Source: a virus
IMG/VR virus record: IMGVR_UViG_3300027985_000627
Location: 23,319 to 87,318 of that record
Reading direction: 5' to 3' (one strand)
DNA length: 64,000 nucleotides
Shown: positions 18,134-26,702 of the stretch, piece by piece
Position numbering within the stretch: position 1 is the first letter of the stretch
Layout: every line of letters begins with the position of its first letter
Translations under genes and position numbers: made by a program
The notes under the pieces: model-generated
What the model was told of the DNA's origin: nothing
Database searches by the model: none
Seen by the model: the letters and a program-made list of their open reading frames with translations, nothing else

Positions 18134-18442
18134 ATGGAACGGGTCGTTGAAACTATTATTGGAAAAATTCCTGATTGTGAGCCTAGAATCCTTCAATTTG
18201 AAGTAAAAAAGAATTGTGAAATTCTGTGTGTTCGCGCAACGGATTATACCGACGTGAACAACTGTGTAGCTTTGGATATCGAATGTTCTCCGAATGAAAC
18301 TGAAAAAGTCGGCAAAAGTATTCGATTTGTGAAGCCGAACGAGCAATTTGCCAAAACAGTCAATGATAAGTTCCTGGGTTTAGTCCGATCATGGCAAACC
18401 ATCTATTACGTTTACGAGGTAAGGTGCAAAAATGATTGCTGA
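18134..18442 (+). CDS. hypothetical protein
   Basis: ORF overlapping the thyX start. Confidence 0.55.
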   Translation: MERVVETIIGKIPDCEPRILQFEVKKNCEILCVRATDYTDVNNCVALDIECSPNETEKVGKSIRFVKPNEQFAKTVNDKFLGLVRSWQTIYYVYEVRCKNDC

Positions 18443-20069
18443 TCTGAAAGTTGAATTACTGGCTAAGACTCCGAATATGGAAGAGTTAGCTTTATCGGCA
18501 ATGAAACAGTGCTATTCCAATGGATATGCTGGTGACATATACGTTGGTATGCTTATGTGCAAAACTTTCGATCCTAAAATGCTTCTTTCTGTCATGTCTT
18601 CTGGTCATGTCAGCCCCATCGAACATGGATCGTTTACGTTTGCCATTGCTGGTGTTTCAAGAGCATTGACCCATCAACTTGTTCGGCATCGTCTGGCGTC
18701 GTACTGCTTATCTGGTGATTCTAAAATAGTTTCCTACAACTCCGTAAAGAGTAGGAGTTCCCGTGTTCGCACAATACGAGAATTGTATGAAATGAGTAAA
18801 AACCCCAAAAGGAACGGTCCATTTTCTTTAATACGAATCAGAAGTGTAGATGAAAATGGAATAATAGTTTCAAATAAAATTGTGAAAGTATTTAAAACAG
18901 GGAAAAAACCAGTTTACAAAGTCACCACTGTTAGCGGTAGATGTATAAAGTCTACTAAAGAACACCGATTTAAAACAAAGGAAGGGTTCGTAAGACTGAG
19001 TGAACTATCTGTTGGTGATACTGTAATTGTCAACGGTCTACCTTGTTATAAAAATAAAGAATGGTTAGAAGATCAGTACCTAAACAAGAACAAAACCAGA
19101 GATGAAATCGCTGAATTAGCTGGTGTTAGCAACCCTTGCATTGGAAATTGGGTGAAGAGGTTTAAATTAGTTAAACCTAGATCGGCGTACCCCAATAGAA
19201 AACCGGGACACGGAGTACCGGGAATGTTTTCTGAAAAAGTGAAAAAGAAATTAAGCGAACAAAAGTTAGGAAGCAAGAACCCAGCTTGGCTTGGTGATGG
19301 TGCTTCTGAAAATGCAGGAAGACTACGTGCCCAAAAAATGTATCCTGCTTGTGAGTGTGAAACTTGTGGAGCCAAAACCAGATTTGAACGACACCACATT
19401 GATGGAAACACCAAAAATAACGACCGCAGTAACATTTTAGTTTTATGCTCGGCTTGCCATCGTAGTCACCACAATCTGAATGGCGCTGTTTTAGCCGTAC
19501 ATTCTGATAAAATAGTTTCCATAGAGTACGTGGGAGAAGAAGAAACATACGATTTGGAAGTTGGAAATCCACACAATTACGTAGCAGATGGATTCGTTGT
19601 TCATAATAGCCAACAATCACAACGTTACGTTGACGCTAAAAACGTTAGTTACATCATGCCACCCGAAATCGCCAAAATACCCGAAGCCAGAAGACTATTC
19701 GAATCGTTCATGGACACTTCAGCTTTGGTTTACGAAGACTTGCAGGAAATTCTCATCAAGAACGGTAGAAGAAAAACCGCTAATGAAGACGCCAGATTTG
19801 TTTTGCCGAATGCTTGTGAAACAAGGATCGTGGTCACAATGAATTGCCGATCTTTGATTCACTTCTTTTCTCTTCGTTGCTGCAAACGTGCCCAATGGGA
19901 AATCCAAGCAATGGCCAACCAGATGCTTGAGATTTGCAAAGCGAATGCTCCTACTATTTTCTCTTCGGCTGGGGCTAATTGTGATCTTTTAGGATACTGT
20001 CCTGAAGGAGAACGATCTTGTGGAAAAAAGAAAACTTTAGCAGAATTACAAGGAGTAAAAAATGATTAG
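18432..20069 (+). CDS. thyX: flavin-dependent thymidylate synthase with intein
   Basis: GHxSPIEH, SRxxTHQLVRHR...[intein]...SQQSQRY, EDARFVLP, AQWEI. Confidence 0.93.
   Translation: MIADLKVELLAKTPNMEELALSAMKQCYSNGYAGDIYVGMLMCKTFDPKMLLSVMSSGHVSPIEHGSFTFAIAGVSRALTHQLVRHRLASYCLSGDSKIVSYNSVKSRSSRVRTIRELYEMSKNPKRNGPFSLIRIRSVDENGIIVSNKIVKVFKTGKKPVYKVTTVSGRCIKSTKEHRFKTKEGFVRLSELSVGDTVIVNGLPCYKNKEWLEDQYLNKNKTRDEIAELAGVSNPCIGNWVKRFKLVKPRSAYPNRKPGHGVPGMFSEKVKKKLSEQKLGSKNPAWLGDGASENAGRLRAQKMYPACECETCGAKTRFERHHIDGNTKNNDRSNILVLCSACHRSHHNLNGAVLAVHSDKIVSIEYVGEEETYDLEVGNPHNYVADGFVVHNSQQSQRYVDAKNVSYIMPPEIAKIPEARRLFESFMDTSALVYEDLQEILIKNGRRKTANEDARFVLPNACETRIVVTMNCRSLIHFFSLRCCKRAQWEIQAMANQMLEICKANAPTIFSSAGANCDLLGYCPEGERSCGKKKTLAELQGVKND
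18705..19607 (+). mobile_element. 301-aa intein with HTH, NUMOD3-like and HNH homing endonuclease domains
   Basis: Starts CLSGDS; block B TKEHRF; ends YDLEV...FVVHN|S; CETCG...HHIDG...N...LCSACH. Confidence 0.92.
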
Positions 20070-20268
20070 GATTGATGGAGTCCAGTATTCGTTCACTCAG
20101 TTTGCCAAGCACATGGCCAAGAAGCTGATTGAAGACGGAATGCGAGGCACGTACTTTGAGGACGAATTCTCCGATCAGTACACTAAGATGACTGATCGTG
20201 AGAAAGAAAAGGTACGCGAGCAGTTGGAAAAGGTCACGGAAAGGATGCTCCGATTTACCAAAATATAA
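20062..20268 (+). CDS. hypothetical protein
   Basis: AAGGAG RBS; ORF. Confidence 0.6.
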   Translation: MIRIDGVQYSFTQFAKHMAKKLIEDGMRGTYFEDEFSDQYTKMTDREKEKVREQLEKVTERMLRFTKI

Positions 20269-20306
20269 ATCAAAGCCGGGGAAACCCGGCGATAATAGGA
20301 AAAACA

Positions 20307-20519
20307 ATGAGCTTTGAATACGAAAAGAGTTCTGTTAAGGTTCTTTGTTTAGAATGCGGATGGGAAGGGTTCAAAGATAGTACCGAGGTACACTGGGTAG
20401 TCGGTGACAAATCCACCATCTACGATCTATGTCCGTTATGTGGATTAAATAACCTTGAAATTCAGGAGAGTGATTGTGGGCATGTCCAAAGCAGTTCGCA
20501 AACAGTTGGTGACTTCTGA
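20307..20519 (+). CDS. Zn-ribbon protein
   Basis: CLECGW...CPLCG. Confidence 0.6.
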   Translation: MSFEYEKSSVKVLCLECGWEGFKDSTEVHWVVGDKSTIYDLCPLCGLNNLEIQESDCGHVQSSSQTVGDF

Positions 20520-20922
20520 TTTGGTGAAATTCACTGCAACTTCCTTTGTAAATTTTCACAAACAGAATGACTTGGAATTCACAAAAGACAGAGTTGAACT
20601 TTCTAACAATTTGTATAACAATGCGGATCGTGCTGCTCGAATTCTGTACACCAATGTTGACGAAGACGGTCGGTGGATTCTTTCTAAAAGAGAACACCGG
20701 TCTTATGCTCAATCTTTGAAAGACACTATAAGCAGTCTGTTCGGTGACAACGAGAGAAGCCATGAGGCTATCGTGACTGTACCTGCTTCAATTGTGGCTG
20801 TGAAAGACCTTCTCGGTTTTCTCCCTGTTGAAAGTAAAAAGAAGCGCACACTTTGGACTGAAATATTAAACGATCTGGAAAAGGCGCTCAGTCTTTTACC
20901 GAAAGAGGAACAAGCCGCATGA
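20482..20922 (+). CDS. hypothetical protein
   Basis: ORF overlapping both neighbours. Confidence 0.55.
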   Translation: MSKAVRKQLVTSDLVKFTATSFVNFHKQNDLEFTKDRVELSNNLYNNADRAARILYTNVDEDGRWILSKREHRSYAQSLKDTISSLFGDNERSHEAIVTVPASIVAVKDLLGFLPVESKKKRTLWTEILNDLEKALSLLPKEEQAA

Positions 20923-21590
20923 AACTTGACATTTATATTGAAGGTGCCAGGCAAACCGCCATTTACCCTGGTCGTCTAGGCATGTTTTGCCAAAACGCAG
21001 CACAGGTTACGTCACCTGATGGTTCAATGGCGCCATTGACAACTAAACCCGATATTCGTGGTTTATGTTACGCAGTAATGGGTTTAGCTGGTGAGTGCGC
21101 AGAACTTAACCAAGTTCTTTGGTTTGATGATTCTGTCCTTCATGAAAATATTGTATCCGAACTTGGGGATATTCTTTGGTATATAGTTGCCGTTTCAGAT
21201 GAACTAGGATTACTCGATTTCGAAATAGGGTATAAACCTGATCGGTGTGGAATTGCTTTATGTGATCCGTATGTTCTTCTTTCGGATGATGAATACGGGT
21301 ACAATTATGGAACAACACCATTTTCCAATTTAAAAATGGCAACACAACTTTTGGTTCATGCCGGTTTACTTTGCGATAAAACGAAGAAAATTATTCGGGA
21401 TGATGCGTGTATTTTATCGAAAGAAAAACTTTGTGTTTTAGGAAACCTACTGACCAAAGTGATATTCTTTTACAAGAAAGTTGTTTGCCAACACGCAACT
21501 ACTGTAAGTGTTATTGGGGAATACAACCATAAAAAACTCATGTCCAGAAAACACAGAGGAGCTATTTCTGGATCAGGTGATAACCGATAA
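20919..21590 (+). CDS. MazG-like nucleotide pyrophosphohydrolase
   Basis: GLAGECAE, ELGDILWY, N..KLxSR..RG.I.GSGDNR terminus. Confidence 0.82.
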   Translation: MKLDIYIEGARQTAIYPGRLGMFCQNAAQVTSPDGSMAPLTTKPDIRGLCYAVMGLAGECAELNQVLWFDDSVLHENIVSELGDILWYIVAVSDELGLLDFEIGYKPDRCGIALCDPYVLLSDDEYGYNYGTTPFSNLKMATQLLVHAGLLCDKTKKIIRDDACILSKEKLCVLGNLLTKVIFFYKKVVCQHATTVSVIGEYNHKKLMSRKHRGAISGSGDNR

Positions 21591-21667
21591 TATAAATCCG
21601 TGATTCCCTTCTTCGGCGGGTTCGTAGTCGAGGGCGCAATTGCGAAGCTGCGCTGGTTGAGGATACG

Positions 21668-21700
21668 CCCTATCCGGGAAAAGCGACCCGGATAGGGTTT
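21668..21700 (+). terminator. strong hairpin / probable terminator
   Basis: CCCTATCCGGG-N8-CCCGGATAGGG followed by TTT. Confidence 0.55.
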
Positions 21701-21782
21701 AAAATAAATATAACTCCAATCATTGCATTTACTCTAAACATCAATCCTTCCTTTTGTCACCAACTTCCACAACGAGCATTAA

Positions 21783-22274
21783 ATGACAAACAATTACCGG
21801 TTATGCCAAAACCCAGAATGCCAGAAAAAATTAAAAAACTACCAAGAAAAATATTGTTCACAAAATTGCTACAGGAAAATGAAACAAAAATTTGTAGATG
21901 TGGTTTGTTTTGAATGCGGAAAACCTAAAAAAATTCTTCTAACAAAGTACCGTAGTAGCAAATCTAAAAAATTCTTTTGTGATTCAATTTGTGTTGGAAA
22001 ATCACAAAGAAGGAAAATAAATGCTTCTGTAATGTGTGCTGATTGCGAAAAACCAATAGACCTAAACAACCGAGTAGACCATAAAAATGCCAAATTTTGT
22101 AATCTTCAATGTGCTGGTTCTTACTACGCTAAAACTTTTACTAAAGATTCTCCTGGAGCTAAAGCTCTTATAGAACATAGACGAAGGGTTCTCGCCGGTG
22201 AAATATCGTACACGAACATTATTGAATCTGATCTTGACGAGACCTTTCAAAACCTAGAAGGAGTGTGGTTTTGA
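21783..22274 (+). CDS. protein with three treble-clef-like Zn fingers
   Basis: Three CxxC...[YF]CxxxC units; no HNH motif evident. Confidence 0.65.
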   Translation: MTNNYRLCQNPECQKKLKNYQEKYCSQNCYRKMKQKFVDVVCFECGKPKKILLTKYRSSKSKKFFCDSICVGKSQRRKINASVMCADCEKPIDLNNRVDHKNAKFCNLQCAGSYYAKTFTKDSPGAKALIEHRRRVLAGEISYTNIIESDLDETFQNLEGVWF

Positions 22275-22624
22275 AAATTTTAATTTTGCTATTCGTGCTA
22301 GTTGTTTGCCCTACGTTGGTGTGTTCTTCTTCACTTCCTTTAAAAGTTGACGTATCAGCTTATTGGCCCTCCCCTGAATGCGGGGAAGGTGATTGGACTG
22401 TAGGAGCAATGGGAACAGAGATTCGTCCTGGAAAAACATGTGCTGTATCGCGTGATCTTCGCCATCTACTTGGAACTGAAATTTACATTGAAGGTGTCGG
22501 TTGGAGATTCGTAAACGATTTAATGCATAAACGTTGGACTAAAAAGATTGACCTTTGCGTGAAAAGCAAGAAACGGGCTTACGAATGGGGAGTCCGCAAG
22601 AAAACCATAACCCAAGTGTTTTAA
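22271..22624 (+). CDS. secreted 3D-domain (peptidoglycan-acting) protein
   Basis: Signal peptide; SAY, AVSRD, GTEIYIEGVG...ND...IDL...A..WG. Confidence 0.78.
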   Translation: MKILILLFVLVVCPTLVCSSSLPLKVDVSAYWPSPECGEGDWTVGAMGTEIRPGKTCAVSRDLRHLLGTEIYIEGVGWRFVNDLMHKRWTKKIDLCVKSKKRAYEWGVRKKTITQVF

Positions 22625-22636
22625 AGGAGAAGCGCG

Positions 22637-23215
22637 ATGGCTATCCGATTGAACAAAAACATGCGTGAAGTTCTCTATGAGTTGGTGGAAGCCTTAGTTC
22701 AAGACACGGAACTTCGAAAAGAACTGGAAAGCAAAAGGAAAAATTTGGAAATAGAAGCACATGCCTATTCCGAGAACTGGATCACAAAAGAAGATCGTGC
22801 TGTTCTTTCCAAATTTGGGTATCTTGAGCAATGGAAAGGGATGTCGAAAAGCAAATGGAATCCGCCTGATAAAAGATTGGGTAATTTGAGAATGGAATTC
22901 GACGTTCCTGTGACCATTGTCTACGACAAACGGCACAAAATCCAAGAAGCCAAAGAAGTATCTTTCGCTTATGATTTATGCTGGAACACAGCGCAGGCTC
23001 TTTTTGAATCGGAAGACCTGCTTCAAGCTCCGTACAAGACCTTGATTCGAAAAGCACAAACGTATGAAGCAGTTTTGAAAGTCTGGCCTGAAGCGGAAGC
23101 TGTCAGAGACAAAATGGTTCCAACTGTAAAAATCAAACCGGACACCCCTTTGTGTGAAGCTATTCATGCTGATATGGAACGTAGAGGTGTCCAGGTTAAA
23201 ACCGAATGTGAGTAA
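22637..23215 (+). CDS. Nmad5-like (nucleotide modification-associated) protein
   Basis: RLNxxxR N-terminus and T...L.VWPEA C-terminal motif. Confidence 0.55.
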   Translation: MAIRLNKNMREVLYELVEALVQDTELRKELESKRKNLEIEAHAYSENWITKEDRAVLSKFGYLEQWKGMSKSKWNPPDKRLGNLRMEFDVPVTIVYDKRHKIQEAKEVSFAYDLCWNTAQALFESEDLLQAPYKTLIRKAQTYEAVLKVWPEAEAVRDKMVPTVKIKPDTPLCEAIHADMERRGVQVKTECE

Positions 23216-23217
23216 AA

Positions 23218-23385
23218 ATGACAGACGCGCAGTACGCTCTTTGGTCCAATCCTGATCGCTGCATCCGTTGTAAGTTTTTGAAAAGAACCAACAAGCTGAT
23301 TCGTTACTGTTGGTGTTTGAAGTACAAATGCGAAGCCTGGGTTGTTATGGGGTGTATAAAAAGGATTGGACCAGCTACTGCGTAG
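23218..23385 (+). CDS. 55-aa Cys-rich protein
   Basis: MTDAQ...CIRC...CWC...C...C; fills the gap. Confidence 0.45.
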   Translation: MTDAQYALWSNPDRCIRCKFLKRTNKLIRYCWCLKYKCEAWVVMGCIKRIGPATA

Positions 23386-23393
23386 GAGGTTCC

Positions 23394-24440
23394 ATGTTTA
23401 AAAAATTGACGCTCAAGAACTTTCAAAACCACACCAAATCAACTCTTCTGTTTCATCCTGGTGTAAATGTCATATCAGGTCCTTCTGACAACGGTAAATC
23501 CTCTATCATTCGAGCTTTGCGACTTGTGCTTGAAAATAAAGCGCAAGGTGATTCATACAGAAAGATTGGTACCGATAAAACTTCTGTAAAACTGGAATTA
23601 GACGGTCACACCATTGAGCGGATTCGATCCAAAAAAGAAAACGAGTACGTACTAGATGGACAATCCTTCAAAGCTGTGCGTTCATCTGTTCCAGATGAAA
23701 TTTCTGGAATAATAAATTTATCTCCGTCAAGTCTTCAAAGTCAATTCGATCCGTACTTTCTCCTTTCTGATTCACCTGGTGAAGTTGCTAAGAAGCTAAA
23801 TGAGCTTGCCGACATTTCCATAATCGACAAGTCCATCAAAGCTATCAACTCCAAAGTGGCTTCTGCCAAGTCAGAAATCAAGTTTACCCAGAAAGCTGTA
23901 GCCGACATTGAAGATGAATTACTAGCTTTCGATGGATTGAACGAGATTGAAAAGCTGGTAAACGAGATTACTGAGCTTCATGATGATACACAAGAGCTTG
24001 TCAGAGACATAGCGGATTTACAAGGACAAGTCGATGCCGCTGACGTTTCAGAGAAAAGCATAGCAGAGATCGTTCTTTTTCTGAAACATGAAACGGAAGT
24101 CAATTCTGCCGAGAAGAAACTCGCTGAGGTGACCAATTTAAAGGCTGACATTGAAATGGTTTCTGGTTTCGTCGCTTACTCGGAACAGTTCAAATTCGAC
24201 ATCAATCGGTTCAACGAAATTTTGAAATTGGAACCTGAAGTAACCAAAGCCGATGAAATGTTCGACCTGTACGATTACAAACTAACCGAACTCACACTGC
24301 TTCAGAAATCCATACTTATGACAGAAGAAATTACGGATCAACTATCTTTGTGTGATACAACGAATTTGGAAGATGAATTAAAGGAACTTTGGAAAGAAAA
24401 CCCTGTTTGTCCTGTTTGTGAACAAAAGGTGAGAGTATGA
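23394..24440 (+). CDS. SbcC/Rad50-like ATPase, N-terminal half
   Basis: LKNFQNH, GPSDNGKSS Walker A, QxQ loop, coiled coil ending in CPVC hook. Confidence 0.85.
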   Translation: MFKKLTLKNFQNHTKSTLLFHPGVNVISGPSDNGKSSIIRALRLVLENKAQGDSYRKIGTDKTSVKLELDGHTIERIRSKKENEYVLDGQSFKAVRSSVPDEISGIINLSPSSLQSQFDPYFLLSDSPGEVAKKLNELADISIIDKSIKAINSKVASAKSEIKFTQKAVADIEDELLAFDGLNEIEKLVNEITELHDDTQELVRDIADLQGQVDAADVSEKSIAEIVLFLKHETEVNSAEKKLAEVTNLKADIEMVSGFVAYSEQFKFDINRFNEILKLEPEVTKADEMFDLYDYKLTELTLLQKSILMTEEITDQLSLCDTTNLEDELKELWKENPVCPVCEQKVRV

Positions 24441-25363
24441 AATTCCTTTGCACAGGTGACTGGCACATCAGGAAAAACAACCCTGTAAACCGAACGGACG
24501 TTTATTATGATGGTTTATTTAGCAAGCTCCGATTCATCTACGACCTCGCACTTGACACCATTGACTGCTGGGGAATACTGCAACCAGGAGACTTCTTCGA
24601 CCGACATGACCTGCCCTACGGAGTTGTGGAGAGGACGATCCGTCATCATTCAGATACAGAACGAATCACACCTGTCAAACTCGCAGCCTGCTTCGGTCAA
24701 CATGACCAGCGTTTCCACACCTCGGATAAAACAAACACACCACTTGGTGTGTTTATGGCAGGAACAACAAGCTCTTTCATCCTTGAAAAAGAGCCGTTGG
24801 AGATTCCTAGATTTGAAGAATCGCCGATTCATATCTACGGGTCTTCATGGGGAGAAGATATTCCCGAAATCCAAGATTCGAGCGCATTTAACATCCTGGT
24901 CACGCACCGGATGGTCACGAAGAACGGCCCGCTTTGGTCCGAACAAGAGCATTACGAAGAAGCGGACATACTGCTTAAAAAACTCGATTTCAACCTCATA
25001 GTATGCGGAGACAACCACAATGGATTCGTACATCGTTATCGTTCTCGGTATCTCATTAATTGTGGTTCTCTTATGCGCAGCACACTTGACCAAATGGATC
25101 ATCGTCCATTTGTTGTCTTATTTGATACAGAAACGAAAAAACCAGAAACCGTCTATATTCCCGTAATACCTATCCATGAAGTCATGAACATGGAAAAAGT
25201 CGAAAAAGAGAAAGAAAAAAATGAGCAAATGGATTTGTTCATATCCAAATTGAAAATGAGTAATGATCGGAGTTTAGACTTCAAATCCAATTTGCAAAAT
25301 TTCTTGGATGAAAACAAAATTTCACCTTCTGTTAAACAGATCATTTCGGAGGTCATGTCATGA
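24437..25363 (+). CDS. SbcD/Mre11-like metallophosphoesterase nuclease
   Basis: GDWH, GDFFD, GQHD, TH, GDNH, NCGS. Confidence 0.87.
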   Translation: MKFLCTGDWHIRKNNPVNRTDVYYDGLFSKLRFIYDLALDTIDCWGILQPGDFFDRHDLPYGVVERTIRHHSDTERITPVKLAACFGQHDQRFHTSDKTNTPLGVFMAGTTSSFILEKEPLEIPRFEESPIHIYGSSWGEDIPEIQDSSAFNILVTHRMVTKNGPLWSEQEHYEEADILLKKLDFNLIVCGDNHNGFVHRYRSRYLINCGSLMRSTLDQMDHRPFVVLFDTETKKPETVYIPVIPIHEVMNMEKVEKEKEKNEQMDLFISKLKMSNDRSLDFKSNLQNFLDENKISPSVKQIISEVMS

Positions 25364-25599
25364 AAGATGCTGCAAAAAGAATTTCAGCTTTGAAAGATAA
25401 AATCGAAGAAGCAAAAAACAAGAAGGCTAGGCTAGAAGGACGACTTGAATCAGCGATGTCTGATTTGAAAAAAGAATTTGGAATAAAATCCTTGAAAGAA
25501 GCCAAAGTTACTTTGGAAAAGTGGAGAAAAGACTTAGGCATTCAAGAAAAAGAACTTGAAGAAAAACTGGATGAAATAGAGGAGAAATTCGGATGGTAA
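25360..25599 (+). CDS. small coiled-coil protein
   Basis: Heptad-rich K/E sequence; overlaps both neighbours. Confidence 0.65.
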   Translation: MKDAAKRISALKDKIEEAKNKKARLEGRLESAMSDLKKEFGIKSLKEAKVTLEKWRKDLGIQEKELEEKLDEIEEKFGW

Positions 25600-26195
25600 A
25601 AGATCGGATAGCAGAACTCAAAAAGACTCTAGCTAGTGCGAAAGCTACGGTTAAAGTTCTCAAAGACAAAAAGAAAGCTACGCTGAAAAAGATTTCCGAC
25701 TTAGAAAATACTCTCAGTGACACGGAGAAAGCAAGAGAAATCATTTTGCTTGTTGGTCGTGACACACAGCAAATGTTAGAAATAAAAGTCAGTGGTTTGG
25801 TTACGCTTGCTTTGGAAGCTGTCTTTCCTGATCCATATGAGTTTAAAGTAGTGTTTGAAGAACGCAGAAATTCCACTGAAGCCGATTTATTCTTTTGCAA
25901 GAACGACGATTTGTTCAAACCTCTGGATTCTTCTGGAGGAGGAGCTATCGACATTGCTTCATTTGCTCTACGTGTGTCTGATTGGAAGCTACGTGGAACG
26001 AGAAACGTTTTGATTATGGACGAACCGTTTCGAAATCTTAGCGCCGATTTGCAACCCAAAGCCAGTGAAATGCTTCATCGGATAAGTTCTGACCTTGGGT
26101 TGCAAATTATTATGGTTTCGCATCAAGAGGGTGTTAATGAGGAATGTGATCGGCTGTTCTCTGTTAAGAACGGGGAAACTACTCAGGTTTGGTAA
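25593..26195 (+). CDS. SbcC/Rad50-like ATPase, C-terminal half
   Basis: SGGG signature, LIMDEPF Walker B, MVSH H-loop. Confidence 0.85.
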   Translation: MVKDRIAELKKTLASAKATVKVLKDKKKATLKKISDLENTLSDTEKAREIILLVGRDTQQMLEIKVSGLVTLALEAVFPDPYEFKVVFEERRNSTEADLFFCKNDDLFKPLDSSGGGAIDIASFALRVSDWKLRGTRNVLIMDEPFRNLSADLQPKASEMLHRISSDLGLQIIMVSHQEGVNEECDRLFSVKNGETTQVW

Positions 26196-26702
26196 TTACT
26201 TAGGGACAGCTTTGTAAGCTGCTTCGAGGACTTTAAGAAGACCATTGGTGTTATGGTATAAATAAAGGAAATAAAGAAAAGACGGTACGCATATAACAGA
26301 AATGAACCACAAAATCTTTTTAACGGTTTTAAGATCATCTCCAAGTTTTTTAACGTCACCAAAAGCAGCAAGTTTCGCATCAAGAGCTTCAATGGCTTCC
26401 GTCAAAACAGTTTTAGCATTATCCTCATCCGCTTCCATCGTTGTAGCATGTCTACCAGAGCATGTTTCATCATGTTCTTCAATCGTTTTCAAAAACTCTT
26501 CCCGCATATTACCAACTGAATCTCGGACAAAATCTTTTAAAGATTGCCGAGTGGGCTCCGCTTTAGCCAAATCTGCAATACGATCAACTTGAACTGCCAT
26601 ACTCGAAACGTTATCTTGAACACCCTTCATGCCGTCTAAAACTTGCACAAGCATGGATTTGAACATATCGAGAAGGATTTTTACGAATTCATTCTCTCCC
26701 AT
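26196..26702 (-). CDS. coiled-coil protein with C-terminal TM helix (lysis-cassette associated)
   Basis: GGAGG RBS; ILWFISVICVPSFLYFLYL TM; start overlaps the REC-PAS gene end. Confidence 0.7.
   Translation of the reverse strand: MGENEFVKILLDMFKSMLVQVLDGMKGVQDNVSSMAVQVDRIADLAKAEPTRQSLKDFVRDSVGNMREEFLKTIEEHDETCSGRHATTMEADEDNAKTVLTEAIEALDAKLAAFGDVKKLGDDLKTVKKILWFISVICVPSFLYFLYLYHNTNGLLKVLEAAYKAVPK

Noticed and set aside
21605-21700. Possible tRNA (contains GGTTCG)
   Set aside because: GTTCG lies at the 5' side; no cloverleaf or acceptor stem/CCA
21783-22274. HNH homing endonuclease
   Set aside because: Only Zn-finger repeats are visible; no HNH catalytic motif
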